Below are positions 37,474 to 47,129 of a stretch of DNA of 64,000 nt, in pieces (position 1 is the stretch's first letter; each line of letters starts with the position of its first letter). The translations under genes were made by a program, and so were the position numbers. The stretch lies in sequence record DRR723986_4720, one strand, 5' to 3'. Below the pieces are notes generated by a model. It was given only the letters and a program-made list of their open reading frames with translations, searched no databases and was not told where the DNA came from.

Positions 37474-38688
37474 ATGTCTGAACGCCTGATCGTGGTATCA
37501 ACCGACTGCCACGCCGGATTACCTATTGCCGATTACAAGCCGTACGTGGAATCCAAATATCACGAGATGATGGACATGGCCGTGCCCATCCAGGTCGAGA
37601 TGATGGACAAGGCCGAGTCGAGTTTCCTGATCAAGGAGATCAACGACGCCTGGCGAGCGCCGATCAAGCAGGCGCTGACCGGTGCCTGGGACTACCGGGA
37701 GCGGGTCAAGATGCTTGCCGGCGATGGCATCGCCGCGGAGATTATCTTCCCGGACGGGATCACCGAGCAGAACACGCCGCCTTTCGGCGCCGGCCTGGGC
37801 CTCAGCCCCCGGGATATGGTGCCGGAGCTGCAGTGGGCCGGGGCCATGGCCCACAACCGCTGGCTGGCGGAATTGTGCGCCAACGACCCGGCGCGGCATA
37901 TCGGGGTGGCCTCCATACCCTTGCTCTGGGATGTGCAGCAGGCTGTGGACGCGGTGCGCTGGTGCGTGGACAACGGCCTGCGCGCGGTGATGATCCCCAC
38001 CCTGTGGCTCGACCATGATCCCTACCACCACGTGAAGTACGACCCGTTCTGGGAAGTGTGCGAGGACCTTGGGGTCATCATTCACTTCCACTCGGGCCCT
38101 GCGCCCCATCCTGAGTATTTTGGCCGCGAATGGCCGGTAGAGGACAAGTCCGACCAGCTCCCGGGCGCCATGGGTATCTATGTTTCCGAAGTCATGTGGT
38201 GGCTGTACCGGCCGCTCACATTCATGATCTGGGGTGGTGTATTCGAGCGCTTCCCCAGGCTCAAGGCGATGATGGTCGAGGGTGGCACCATGTTCATGCT
38301 GCCGCCGTGGCTGCGCCTGCTGGATCACAATTACACCGATGTGCAGTTCTCCGCCAAGCTTGGCGACTTCCGTTCTCACCTGACCATGGCGCCCAGCGAG
38401 TACTTCCGCCGCAATTGCGGTATCGGTGCATCCTGTGTGCCGCGCGCCGATCTCGACCTGCGCGCCATGCTCGGTACCGAGCTGATCATGTGGGGCAGCG
38501 ACTTCCCCCATCCGGAGGGGACGTGGCCGAACACCGCGGACTATTTCCGCACGACTTTCTCCGATTTCCCGGAGGAGGACGGGCGCAAGATTCTCGGCGA
38601 GAACGCCGTGCGTTTCTACGGCCTGGATCGCGACCGCCTGCAGCAGGTGGCCGATGATATCGGGCCGGATACATCCCTGTTTCACTAA
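37474..38688 (+). CDS. Amidohydrolase_2 family metal-dependent hydrolase
   Basis: STDCH, HNRWLAE, HFHSG, GVFERFP, WGSDFPHPEGTWP. Confidence 0.92.
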   Translation: MSERLIVVSTDCHAGLPIADYKPYVESKYHEMMDMAVPIQVEMMDKAESSFLIKEINDAWRAPIKQALTGAWDYRERVKMLAGDGIAAEIIFPDGITEQNTPPFGAGLGLSPRDMVPELQWAGAMAHNRWLAELCANDPARHIGVASIPLLWDVQQAVDAVRWCVDNGLRAVMIPTLWLDHDPYHHVKYDPFWEVCEDLGVIIHFHSGPAPHPEYFGREWPVEDKSDQLPGAMGIYVSEVMWWLYRPLTFMIWGGVFERFPRLKAMMVEGGTMFMLPPWLRLLDHNYTDVQFSAKLGDFRSHLTMAPSEYFRRNCGIGASCVPRADLDLRAMLGTELIMWGSDFPHPEGTWPNTADYFRTTFSDFPEEDGRKILGENAVRFYGLDRDRLQQVADDIGPDTSLFH

Positions 38689-38720
38689 CTGGAGGCACTA
38701 CCCGGCAAGGGTGGTGGTAA

Positions 38721-39698
38721 ATGATTATGAGCATTGTTGAAGCCTGCGAATCCAGGACCAACGCCACGCCCGATTTTCCGATGGGCTGGTACAGTGTGGG
38801 CCGTACCCACGAACTGCAGATCGGTGAGGTGACCAATGTCAGCGCGTTTGACCGCGAGCTGGCCCTGTACCGCACGCGCTCCGGCGTTGCGGTGCTGCAG
38901 GACGCTTTCTGCCCGCACCTGGGTGCACACCTCGGAGTCGAGGGTCGCGTAGTCGGCGAGTCCATCCGCTGCCCATTCCACGGCTGGCGTTTCGGCACCG
39001 ACGGCGTGTGCGAGGAAATACCCTACTGCGACGAGATCCCGGAGCGGGCGCGGATCAGGACCTGGCATACGGAAGAAAAGCACGGCCAGGTCTGGGTCTG
39101 GTTCCACCCGGAGAACATTGCTCCCAAGTGGCCGCTGCCCGATATTCCCCAGTTTGGTGACGAGAACTGGACCCAGCCGCGATTCGCCGAGTTCGACGTG
39201 CCGGCCCATGTTCAGGATATTGCCGAGAACTCCTGTGACCCGGTCCACTTCCAGTATGTGCACAAGCAGCCGGATGTACCGCCGTCCGAGGTTACCGTGG
39301 AAGACAATGGGCGCATTCTGCATCTGCGTTCCGATGCCAGGAATGCGCCGATCCCCAACCAGCTCCACGCCACGGTGTTCAGCCCCGGCCATGCGCTGGT
39401 GCATACGGATTACGGTCCCAATGCCGAAATGATCGTCTATAACAGCGCCCAGCCTATCGACCGGCACAATACCAAGATGCGCTGGTCGCTGATCGTACGC
39501 AAGGAGATCGAGGATCTCGCCGGCGACGATGTGATGCAGGGCATTATCAACGGCCTGTCGGATGACTATCCGATCTGGGCCAACAAGGTGCACAAGCGCA
39601 GGCCGCTGTTCTGCAAGGCGGATAAGACCCTGGTGCTGTTCCGCAAGTGGGTAAGGCAGTTCTACCTGACCGAGGAAGACAAGCGGGAGATTGCCTGA
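38721..39698 (+). CDS. Rieske non-heme iron oxygenase, KshA/Neverland-like
   Basis: CPHLGAHL...CPFHGW; ENSCDPVHFQYVH; DDYPIWANK. Confidence 0.9.
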   Translation: MIMSIVEACESRTNATPDFPMGWYSVGRTHELQIGEVTNVSAFDRELALYRTRSGVAVLQDAFCPHLGAHLGVEGRVVGESIRCPFHGWRFGTDGVCEEIPYCDEIPERARIRTWHTEEKHGQVWVWFHPENIAPKWPLPDIPQFGDENWTQPRFAEFDVPAHVQDIAENSCDPVHFQYVHKQPDVPPSEVTVEDNGRILHLRSDARNAPIPNQLHATVFSPGHALVHTDYGPNAEMIVYNSAQPIDRHNTKMRWSLIVRKEIEDLAGDDVMQGIINGLSDDYPIWANKVHKRRPLFCKADKTLVLFRKWVRQFYLTEEDKREIA

Positions 39699-39700
39699 TA

Positions 39701-40582
39701 ATGCAGGATTTCACCGATAAGGTCGCCGTCATCACCGGCGGCGCCAGCGGCGTCGGCCGGTCCCTCGCTTTCGCCCTCGGGCGGCGTGGCGCCAGAATTG
39801 TGGTCGGCGACGTCGACCAGGCTGCGATGTCACAGATCGCCGAGGAGCTTGCGGCCGAGGGCATTGATGCCGCCGTTGCCCAGTGTGATGTCACCTCACC
39901 GGACAGCCTCAAGGCACTGGCCGACAGCGCCCAACAGACCTTCGGCTCCATCGATCTGGTATTTGCCAATGCGGGTATCGGCGCCGGTGAGTCCGGGGCT
40001 ATGTGGGACTATTCGGACAAGGACTGGCAATGGTGTCTCAACGTTAACCTGTGGGGCGTGATCAATACGATCAAGGCTTTCATGCCGCGGCTCGTCGCGC
40101 GCAATGAGCCGGCGCACTTCGTGGTCACCGGCTCGGGCAATGGCGCGTTCATGGTCCTGCCGGATGCGCCGATCTATACCACCAGCAAAGCCGCGGTGCA
40201 TGCCATTACCGAGAACCTGCACTACCAGGTCATGGCGGCGGGCAGTCCGGTAAAGGTGAGCGCCCTGTTCCCGGGACCGCATGTGGTGGAAACCGGGCTA
40301 TTCAATTCCGGGCGGGTACGCCCCGAGGACCTGAAAAAGGATGTCGAGGGCAATGAGTCCGGCATCAACTCGGTCGAGGATATGAAAAAGATGGCGGCAG
40401 AGTTCGGCATCGAAATGCAGAGCACTCACCCGGACGAGGTGGCGGCTATGGCAATCGAAGGCCTGGAGCAGGATGCTTTCTGGTTGCTGGCCACCACCCC
40501 GGAAACCGATGACAAGATACGCCGGCGCGCGCAGATGATTCTTGAGCGCAGCACGCCGGTCCCGGAAATGGTTGGCGCCTGA
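39701..40582 (+). CDS. SDR family oxidoreductase
   Basis: TGGASGVG, FANAG, VNLWGV, YTTSK. Confidence 0.92.
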   Translation: MQDFTDKVAVITGGASGVGRSLAFALGRRGARIVVGDVDQAAMSQIAEELAAEGIDAAVAQCDVTSPDSLKALADSAQQTFGSIDLVFANAGIGAGESGAMWDYSDKDWQWCLNVNLWGVINTIKAFMPRLVARNEPAHFVVTGSGNGAFMVLPDAPIYTTSKAAVHAITENLHYQVMAAGSPVKVSALFPGPHVVETGLFNSGRVRPEDLKKDVEGNESGINSVEDMKKMAAEFGIEMQSTHPDEVAAMAIEGLEQDAFWLLATTPETDDKIRRRAQMILERSTPVPEMVGA

Positions 40583-40635
40583 CGGCGCCACTTCCCCAAG
40601 CAAGTACCATTCAAGTAACAATAAGGACGCAAAGC

Positions 40636-41415
40636 ATGTCGAATGAAGCAGCCGCCCCCCAGGGCAACCCCGGCGATATCGTCAACTGGCCGATGCTGAA
40701 GATCGTTTATCGCACTGACCCCGACAAGATCGCCGCACTGTTACCACCCGGTATCGAGCCGGGCGCCAACCCGCATGTCACCCTGACCATTTACAACTAC
40801 CCGGTACCCGACGAGCCCGAGTACGGCATCGTTACCACGGTAGACGCCAATTACAACGGCATCGAAGGCGAGTACACCCTCGGCTACGGCATCGACCAGG
40901 AATCAGCGATTTTCATCAGCCAGGAAACCAACGGCCAGCCCAAGTACCCCTGTACCACCGAGTATTACCGTCTTGGGCCATCCGTCTCGGCGCGCTGCAT
41001 TCACCAGGGCTACACCTTCGTGGAATTCAAAGGTGTGTCCAAGGGGCCGGTAGACCCGCTTCCAGAATTTGACCAGAACGAGTGGTGGATCAAGGTGTCT
41101 CGCGCGGTGAGCGTTGGCGGCCCTGCCACTGGCTATGACTTCCCGCCGCACGTGGTGCATGTGCGCAGCCGTTACGGCACCGCATGGCGCGAGGAAGTTG
41201 AGGGTGAGCTCGTGCTGCGTGACAGCCCCTGGGATCCGCTGACTACCCTGCTGCCGATGCGCGAGCAGGTGTCGGCACACCTGTGGTGGCCGATCTTCCT
41301 CGACCGTGAGATCAAGCTGGCGGGCAAGCTCGACCCGGAGGGCTTCCTGCCCTTCGTCGATACGATCTCAGGCTCGCGTTACCCCGGCACCAACGGCGGT
41401 CCCAAGCGAGGCTGA
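40636..41415 (+). CDS. Acetoacetate decarboxylase superfamily protein
   Basis: YRTDPDKIAALLPPG, QETNGQPK (Schiff-base Lys position), SPWDPL..LP. Confidence 0.82.
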   Translation: MSNEAAAPQGNPGDIVNWPMLKIVYRTDPDKIAALLPPGIEPGANPHVTLTIYNYPVPDEPEYGIVTTVDANYNGIEGEYTLGYGIDQESAIFISQETNGQPKYPCTTEYYRLGPSVSARCIHQGYTFVEFKGVSKGPVDPLPEFDQNEWWIKVSRAVSVGGPATGYDFPPHVVHVRSRYGTAWREEVEGELVLRDSPWDPLTTLLPMREQVSAHLWWPIFLDREIKLAGKLDPEGFLPFVDTISGSRYPGTNGGPKRG

Positions 41416-41433
41416 ACCCGGGCTGGCAGGCGG

Positions 41434-41769
41434 TCAGTCTGCCAGTAATTTCGGGTGGGATTTGGTGAGCAGGTATTCGGCGGCGGCGTCGACGTCGTAC
41501 TCACTCATGCCCGGCTCACCGCCTTTCGGGGGCATTGCGATCCAGCCCTGGTTGGCGTGCTCGAACAGCACGCCTTCCCATAGTTCCGAGCGCTCTTCCC
41601 AGTCGGCGGGGCTGCCGAAGGCCGGTGCGCCCATGATGCCTGTGTTGTGGCACTTGGCGCAGACCGCCTCGTAGGCCTTACGGCCTTCCTCCATACGCTC
41701 GGGGGTGGCAGTGGCGACAGCGCTGGTGAACGACAGGGCAAGTGCGGAAACAGTCAGCAAACGGTTCAT
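41434..41769 (-). CDS. Cytochrome c5
   Basis: Signal peptide, CAKCH, GIMGAP..G...W, AMPPKGG. Confidence 0.92.
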   Translation of the reverse strand: MNRLLTVSALALSFTSAVATATPERMEEGRKAYEAVCAKCHNTGIMGAPAFGSPADWEERSELWEGVLFEHANQGWIAMPPKGGEPGMSEYDVDAAAEYLLTKSHPKLLAD

Positions 41770-41857
41770 CGAAACACTCCGTGAGTAGGTCTTTGGCTTG
41801 TAAATGTAGCCCACAATGCGGGAGATATCTTCTTCTGCGGCCTGTTCCTGCCAAAGT

Positions 41858-41866
41858 TGCTACAAT
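41858..41866 (+). promoter_or_regulatory. Extended -10 promoter (TGnTACAAT) for the GMC operon
   Basis: TGCTACAAT about 35 bp upstream of the first ORF. Confidence 0.45.
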
Positions 41867-41899
41867 GCGGCGCTTCCAGTTCTCATGGAATGGCGAATA

Positions 41900-42160
41900 A
41901 TGATAAGAGCTCTGGTCTGGGGCCTGCTGACGGGTAGCTACCTGTTCTTTGGCCTGGAACCCACGGGATGGCTGTTTTACGAGGCCAGCCACGCCACCGG
42001 TATCGAATCGCTGTACCACGGGTACAGCGTGTTTCGTGCGGGGGGCTACTTCTTCGGCCTGTGGCCTTACCAGGCACTGGCCTGCGCCGTCGCCGGATTG
42101 GTTGTGGCGGCCCTGGTTTACCTGCTCGGACAACGGAGGCGACATCGTGAACAGGCGTGA
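41900..42160 (+). CDS. Small aromatic-rich two-TM membrane protein
   Basis: MIRALVWGLLTGSYLFFG...; overlaps the start of the next gene. Confidence 0.6.
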   Translation: MIRALVWGLLTGSYLFFGLEPTGWLFYEASHATGIESLYHGYSVFRAGGYFFGLWPYQALACAVAGLVVAALVYLLGQRRRHREQA

Positions 42161-42782
42161 TTTCCTGCAGTGTGCCGCGCTGCTCACCGCCGGGACCTCG
42201 GTGGTTCCCGCGGCCTGGAGTTTGAACCAGGAACAATCCCGGTTTCTGGCCGCCAGGGCATCGTACATCGACAGCCCACTGCCCGGTTTGTTCAGCGAGC
42301 CGCAGCGGGCGGCCGTCAGTGCGGCGGCGGAGTTGATCATTCCCCGCACAGACACGCCGGGTGCGCTCGATGCGGGCGTCCCCCGGTTTATCGAACTCAT
42401 GGTTGCGGACTGGTTCACCGAGTCGGAGCGGACCCTGTTTGTCGCAGGATTGGACGATCTCCTGGGTCAGGCAGATGGCGACTTCGCCGGGCTGGCGCAG
42501 GAGCAGCAGCTGGTGCTGTTGCAAGCCCTGGAGGAAGAGGCCGCCGATTCCCCCTGGTACGAGCTTGGCAACGCGCTGCGAATCTGGGATGACAGCGCCC
42601 CGTTCATCTGCCAGCTGAAAGAGCTGACTGTGCTCGGTTTCATGCTGTCTGAGCTTGGCAGCGCGCAGTTCCTGCGGCCCAATCCGATGGGGACCTTCGA
42701 CGGCAGCCTGCCGCTCGCCGCCGATGATCGTGCCTACGAGAAGCACACCATGATCCGCATGATGGCCAAGGAGACCAGCTGA
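42147..42782 (+). CDS. Gluconate 2-dehydrogenase subunit 3 family (Tat hitch-hiker subunit)
   Basis: VNRRDFLQ Tat motif, IIPRTDTPGALDAGVPRFI, LKELTVLGF; GGAGG RBS. Confidence 0.92.
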   Translation: MNRRDFLQCAALLTAGTSVVPAAWSLNQEQSRFLAARASYIDSPLPGLFSEPQRAAVSAAAELIIPRTDTPGALDAGVPRFIELMVADWFTESERTLFVAGLDDLLGQADGDFAGLAQEQQLVLLQALEEEAADSPWYELGNALRIWDDSAPFICQLKELTVLGFMLSELGSAQFLRPNPMGTFDGSLPLAADDRAYEKHTMIRMMAKETS

Positions 42783-44482
42783 TGACAGTGTCCGGTTTTG
42801 ACGCGATTGTCGTAGGGTCCGGTGTTTCCGGTGGCTGGGCGGCCAAGGAGTTGACCGAGCAGGGCCTGAAAGTGCTGGTGCTGGAGCGCGGCAAGAATAT
42901 CCGTCACCAGCGGGATTACCTTGGTGAGCATGCCAGCAGCTGGCAGCAGCCGTTCTATGGGATGCCGGATCGCGAGCGCGCGAACCGCGATTACGCGATC
43001 CAGCAGAAGTCTTATGCGTTTGGCGAGCCGACCATTCAGTACTGGAACAATGACCGGCTGAATCCCTACGTAAAGAACGAGGACAAGCCGTTCAACTGGA
43101 TGCGCGCAGACGCGGTTGGCGGACGTTCACTGCTCTGGGGCCGTCAGGTCTATCGCTGGGGCCAGCACGATTTTGACGCTAACAGCGCAGACGGCCACGG
43201 CGTGGCATGGCCCGTGTCCTACCGGGATATTGCACCCTGGTACAGCCACGTGGAGAAATTTATCGGGGTCAGCGGCCAGGCTGAAGGCTGGGATCACCTG
43301 CCGGACAGTGAGTTCCTGCCGCCGATGGAATACTACGCGTTGGAAAAAACCATTGTTGCCCGGATGCGCGACAAGGTACCCGAGATTCCCATCACCATGG
43401 GCCGCGTAGCGATTCTCACCCGCGATCACAATGGCCGTTCCGCCTGTCATTACTGCGGCCCCTGTCATCGTGGCTGTTCCACCGGCAGCTATTTCAGTTC
43501 GCAGAGCTCGACCCTGCCGGCGGCGGAAGCTACCGGCAACCTGACCCTGCTGCCTGACCATGTGGTTGAGCGGCTGGTGCACGATGACAGTGGTCGCCGG
43601 ATAACCGAGGTCCGGGCGATCGATACCCGAACCGGCGAGCGGCACAGCTTTTCGGCGAAGCTGGTGTTCCTCTGCGCCTCAACCCTGGCCAGCACCCAGA
43701 TCATGCTGAACTCCGCCAGCGAACGTCATCCGGCGGGGCTGGGCAATGGCAGCGGGGTGCTCGGCAGCTACCTGATGGACCATCTCGCGGTGTCCAACAC
43801 CGGCACCTTTGTCGACGATACCGACAAATACTACAAGGGTGAGCGCCCCAACGGGCTTTACGTCCCGCGGTTCCGGAACCTGGGCGGACAGGACGAGGAC
43901 GCCGATTTCCTCCGCGGCTATGGCTACCAGGCCATTCCCATTCGCCCCGACTGGGAGCTGAGTTTCAATCGGCGCGGTTTTGGTGCCGATTACAAGGCAG
44001 CATTGGGCAAGCCGGCGCCGATCTGGATCTGGGCCCTGCGCGCCTTTATCGAATGCCTGCCCACCGCGTCCAACCGCATATCCCTGCACCCCACGCGCAA
44101 GGACCGCTTCGGTATTCCGCTGCTGGTCACCGAGTTTGAGTGGAGTGACAACGAGCGCAATGCGGCGCTGGATGCCGGGGTTCAGGCTTCGCGTATCCTG
44201 CGTGCCGCCGGCGCGGTGATGATCGATGCCAATGACAACAGCAAGCTCGATGTGGGGGGCGATGCCATCCACGAAATGGGTACCGCGCGAATGGGTAGGG
44301 ATCCGGCCAGCTCGGTGCTCAACGCCTACAACCAGGCCCACGAAGTGGATAACCTGTTCGTCACCGATGGCTCTTTCATGACCTCGTCTTCCTGTGTGAA
44401 TCCCTCACTGACCTATATGGCGTTCACTGCCCGGGCCTGCAATTACGCGGTCACCCAGTTGCGGGAAGGCAAATTTGGCTGA
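42782..44482 (+). CDS. GMC flavoprotein dehydrogenase, large subunit (glycoside 3-dehydrogenase-like)
   Basis: GSGVSGGWAAKELTE, CHYCGPCHRGC Fe-S motif, HEMGTARMG, CVNPSLTYMA. Confidence 0.93.
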   Translation: MTVSGFDAIVVGSGVSGGWAAKELTEQGLKVLVLERGKNIRHQRDYLGEHASSWQQPFYGMPDRERANRDYAIQQKSYAFGEPTIQYWNNDRLNPYVKNEDKPFNWMRADAVGGRSLLWGRQVYRWGQHDFDANSADGHGVAWPVSYRDIAPWYSHVEKFIGVSGQAEGWDHLPDSEFLPPMEYYALEKTIVARMRDKVPEIPITMGRVAILTRDHNGRSACHYCGPCHRGCSTGSYFSSQSSTLPAAEATGNLTLLPDHVVERLVHDDSGRRITEVRAIDTRTGERHSFSAKLVFLCASTLASTQIMLNSASERHPAGLGNGSGVLGSYLMDHLAVSNTGTFVDDTDKYYKGERPNGLYVPRFRNLGGQDEDADFLRGYGYQAIPIRPDWELSFNRRGFGADYKAALGKPAPIWIWALRAFIECLPTASNRISLHPTRKDRFGIPLLVTEFEWSDNERNAALDAGVQASRILRAAGAVMIDANDNSKLDVGGDAIHEMGTARMGRDPASSVLNAYNQAHEVDNLFVTDGSFMTSSSCVNPSLTYMAFTARACNYAVTQLREGKFG

Positions 44483-44548
44483 GCATTTGGCCCGCGGGTC
44501 TGCGCTAAAGGTGTAATGACAGGTACTGATTACTGACAGGAGTTGTTA

Positions 44549-45754
44549 ATGTCGATGTTCATCCGCAAGCTCAAGCATTCCCTGTCGATGGGCCTGACCC
44601 GGTTCATCGTGCAGTTCATGCCGGGCTCGAGCTACATGGTTTTTGCCGGTGCCGGCAGTTCCCGCCAGTTGTGCGAACTGCTGGTGAATACCGGCGCCGG
44701 CAAGGTCCTGGTGGTGACTGACAAGGCCCTGCGTGAACTGGGTGTGGTGGACCGGGCGATAGCCCGCCTGGTGGAGGCCGGCCTGGATATCGCGTACTAC
44801 GATGGCGTGTTACCCGACCCCACCTATGCCCAGGTTGCCGAGGGGGTTGCCGTTATGCGCCAGCACGGCAGCGAGGTCGTACTGGCAGTGGGTGGCGGCT
44901 CCTCCATCGATGCAGCCAAGATCATCGCGGCGTCCTCCGCCAGCAGTGATAACCCGCAGGACTGGGTCGGTTTTGGTAAGGTCAAACACGAAATTCCCAA
45001 AATCTACGCGATCCCCACAACCTCCGGCACGGGCTCCGAGGCCACCATGGGTGCGGTTATTTCCGACCCGGTCAGCCACGAGAAGGGGGTGATTTCCGGC
45101 GCTACCTTGTTACCTGCTGCGGCCGCACTGGACTCGGAGCTGATCCTCGGGCTGCCTCCCGCGATGACGGCGGCAACCGGGATGGACGCTCTGACCCACG
45201 GTATCGAGGCCTATATCGGCACCTGGGAGCGCGGCACTCGCAAGGAACATGCCCGCTCGGCGATCAAGCTGATCTTCGATAACCTGGTAACGGCCTGTGA
45301 CGACGGCAGCAACCAGGAGGCGCGCAGTGCCATGGCCGTGGCGGCCTATTACGCAGGCGTCGCAATCAACCAGGTCAACGTTGGCAACGTCCACGCCATC
45401 GCGCATCAGCTGGGGGCGAAATACGGCATTCCCCACGGTCTGGCGAATGCGCTGGTGCTGCCGCATGTGCTGGAGTTCTGTCGCGAGGAGGCGCAGCCGG
45501 CGCTCGCCGAGCTGGCCCTGCTGGTCGGTGCTGGTAATCCCGGTGACAGCGAGGAGCAACTGTCACATGCGTTTATCAGCGCGGTCAGGGATCTGCGCAC
45601 GGCGGTGCACATCGAGGCCCACAGTGACCGGATCAAGCCAGCGGACTACGACCATATTGCCGAACTGGCGATGGCCGAGGGGGACGGCTACCCCGTGCCG
45701 CGTCTGCTCGACCGCGACAGCGTCCTGGCGATTCTGGCCCGGCTGGCAGTCTGA
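44549..45754 (+). CDS. Iron-containing alcohol dehydrogenase
   Basis: GGGSSIDAAK, PTTSGTGSE, TGMDALTH, HAIAHQLG, PHG. Confidence 0.93.
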   Translation: MSMFIRKLKHSLSMGLTRFIVQFMPGSSYMVFAGAGSSRQLCELLVNTGAGKVLVVTDKALRELGVVDRAIARLVEAGLDIAYYDGVLPDPTYAQVAEGVAVMRQHGSEVVLAVGGGSSIDAAKIIAASSASSDNPQDWVGFGKVKHEIPKIYAIPTTSGTGSEATMGAVISDPVSHEKGVISGATLLPAAAALDSELILGLPPAMTAATGMDALTHGIEAYIGTWERGTRKEHARSAIKLIFDNLVTACDDGSNQEARSAMAVAAYYAGVAINQVNVGNVHAIAHQLGAKYGIPHGLANALVLPHVLEFCREEAQPALAELALLVGAGNPGDSEEQLSHAFISAVRDLRTAVHIEAHSDRIKPADYDHIAELAMAEGDGYPVPRLLDRDSVLAILARLAV

Positions 45755-45858
45755 GGCACGTTGCCAGGCCAGCGGCTGTTCCGCTGCCTGGCCCCGAACT
45801 GGTAATCTTCTCTCCGCGGTCGTCCCGGGGACGGCCTTTGTCTTCTGTTGAGGTAGTC

Positions 45859-46179
45859 ATGGTGAAAATACATGTAGCGCTGGCAACCCTGTCCTTGTTG
45901 TCGGCTTGTACCTGGGTTGATGTTGAAGAAGCGGGGCAGGGTGTGACCCTGGTTGGGCCCGAGCATGTTAGCAACTGCGAGAAACTCGGCACCACGACCG
46001 CAGAAACACTGGAAAAGGTGGTTGGCGTGCGGCGCAACGAGGAAAAACTTGCAACCGAGCTCGCCACGATAGCGCGCAACAGCGCCGGGAAAATGGGCGG
46101 CAATACCATTGTGCCGCTGGGCCCGGTGGAGGAAAACCAGCGGGCCTTCGCCGTGTACAGCTGCCCCCAGGCGAACTGA
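45859..46179 (+). CDS. DUF4156-like small lipoprotein
   Basis: LSAC lipobox, CEKLG, ARNSAGKMGGNTIV, YSC. Confidence 0.82.
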   Translation: MVKIHVALATLSLLSACTWVDVEEAGQGVTLVGPEHVSNCEKLGTTTAETLEKVVGVRRNEEKLATELATIARNSAGKMGGNTIVPLGPVEENQRAFAVYSCPQAN

Positions 46180-46219
46180 GACCTTTCTAGAGCGCAGGGC
46201 GCAGGCAGGAGCCCCTGGC

Positions 46220-47116
46220 TCAGGCGTGCTGTTGCTTGCCAGTTTCCAGGGTGGTCAGCCAGCAGCGAACCTGCTCCACAAACGCCTGGTAGTTCTCGCT
46301 CTCTCCCTCCGAGCAGGCGAAGCCGTGCTCGGCGTCCGGGTAGTGGCGGTAGTCGACCGCTACGCCCGCCTCCCGGCAGCGCTCGGCCAGGGCACTACCC
46401 TCGTCCCGCAGCGGGTCGTGCTCGGCAGTAACCAGCAGTAGGGGCGGCAGCCCGGAAAGGTTTTCCGAACGCAGGGGCAGGGCGCGCAGCACCTCGGGGT
46501 TGGCAGGAGACGTGTCGCCGAGATAGGTATCCCAGAACCAGATCATCAGGTCCCGGGTAAGGGCCTGGCCGGTTGCGCGCTCGGTATAGGACGGGAAGTC
46601 GCCGCTGTAGTGCTCACTGGCCGGGTAGATCGACAGCACGCCGGCGATACCGGCCCGCGCCTCCGGGGCCAGGTCCAGGGCAGTGCAGACCGCTAGGTTG
46701 CCGCCGGCGCTGTCTCCCGCGAGTACCACTGAACCGTTCGACGCACCGGCCACCGCCCGATTAGCCAGCAGCCATTGGGCAGCTGCCAGGCAGTCGTCGT
46801 GTGCACCGGGGAAACAGTGCTCCGGCGCCAGTCGGTAGTCCACCGCGACGACAGAGCAACCGGTGGCGTCGGCGAGGCTGGCGCAGAAGTAGTGATGAGT
46901 CCTCAGGTCCCCGATGACCCAGCCGCCGCCGTGGAAGTACAGGATCAGTGGCCGCTGTGCCGCCTGCGCGCCGGGGTAGACCCTGGCCGCCAGCTCGCCC
47001 GCCGGCCCCGGGATGGCGATCGCGGTGAACACGCCACGCGGTGCCGCTTTGCGCCAGCCGAGGTAGTTGGCAAGGCGGTAGTACCAGCGGAAAAATAAAA
47101 CCTTGAGTGCCTGCAT
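46220..47116 (-). CDS. HSL-family esterase/lipase (alpha/beta hydrolase)
   Basis: HGGGW, DYRLAPE, GDSAGG, DPLRDEG, HGF. Confidence 0.93.
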   Translation of the reverse strand: MQALKVLFFRWYYRLANYLGWRKAAPRGVFTAIAIPGPAGELAARVYPGAQAAQRPLILYFHGGGWVIGDLRTHHYFCASLADATGCSVVAVDYRLAPEHCFPGAHDDCLAAAQWLLANRAVAGASNGSVVLAGDSAGGNLAVCTALDLAPEARAGIAGVLSIYPASEHYSGDFPSYTERATGQALTRDLMIWFWDTYLGDTSPANPEVLRALPLRSENLSGLPPLLLVTAEHDPLRDEGSALAERCREAGVAVDYRHYPDAEHGFACSEGESENYQAFVEQVRCWLTTLETGKQQHA

Positions 47117-47129
47117 CGGTCTTCCTCGT

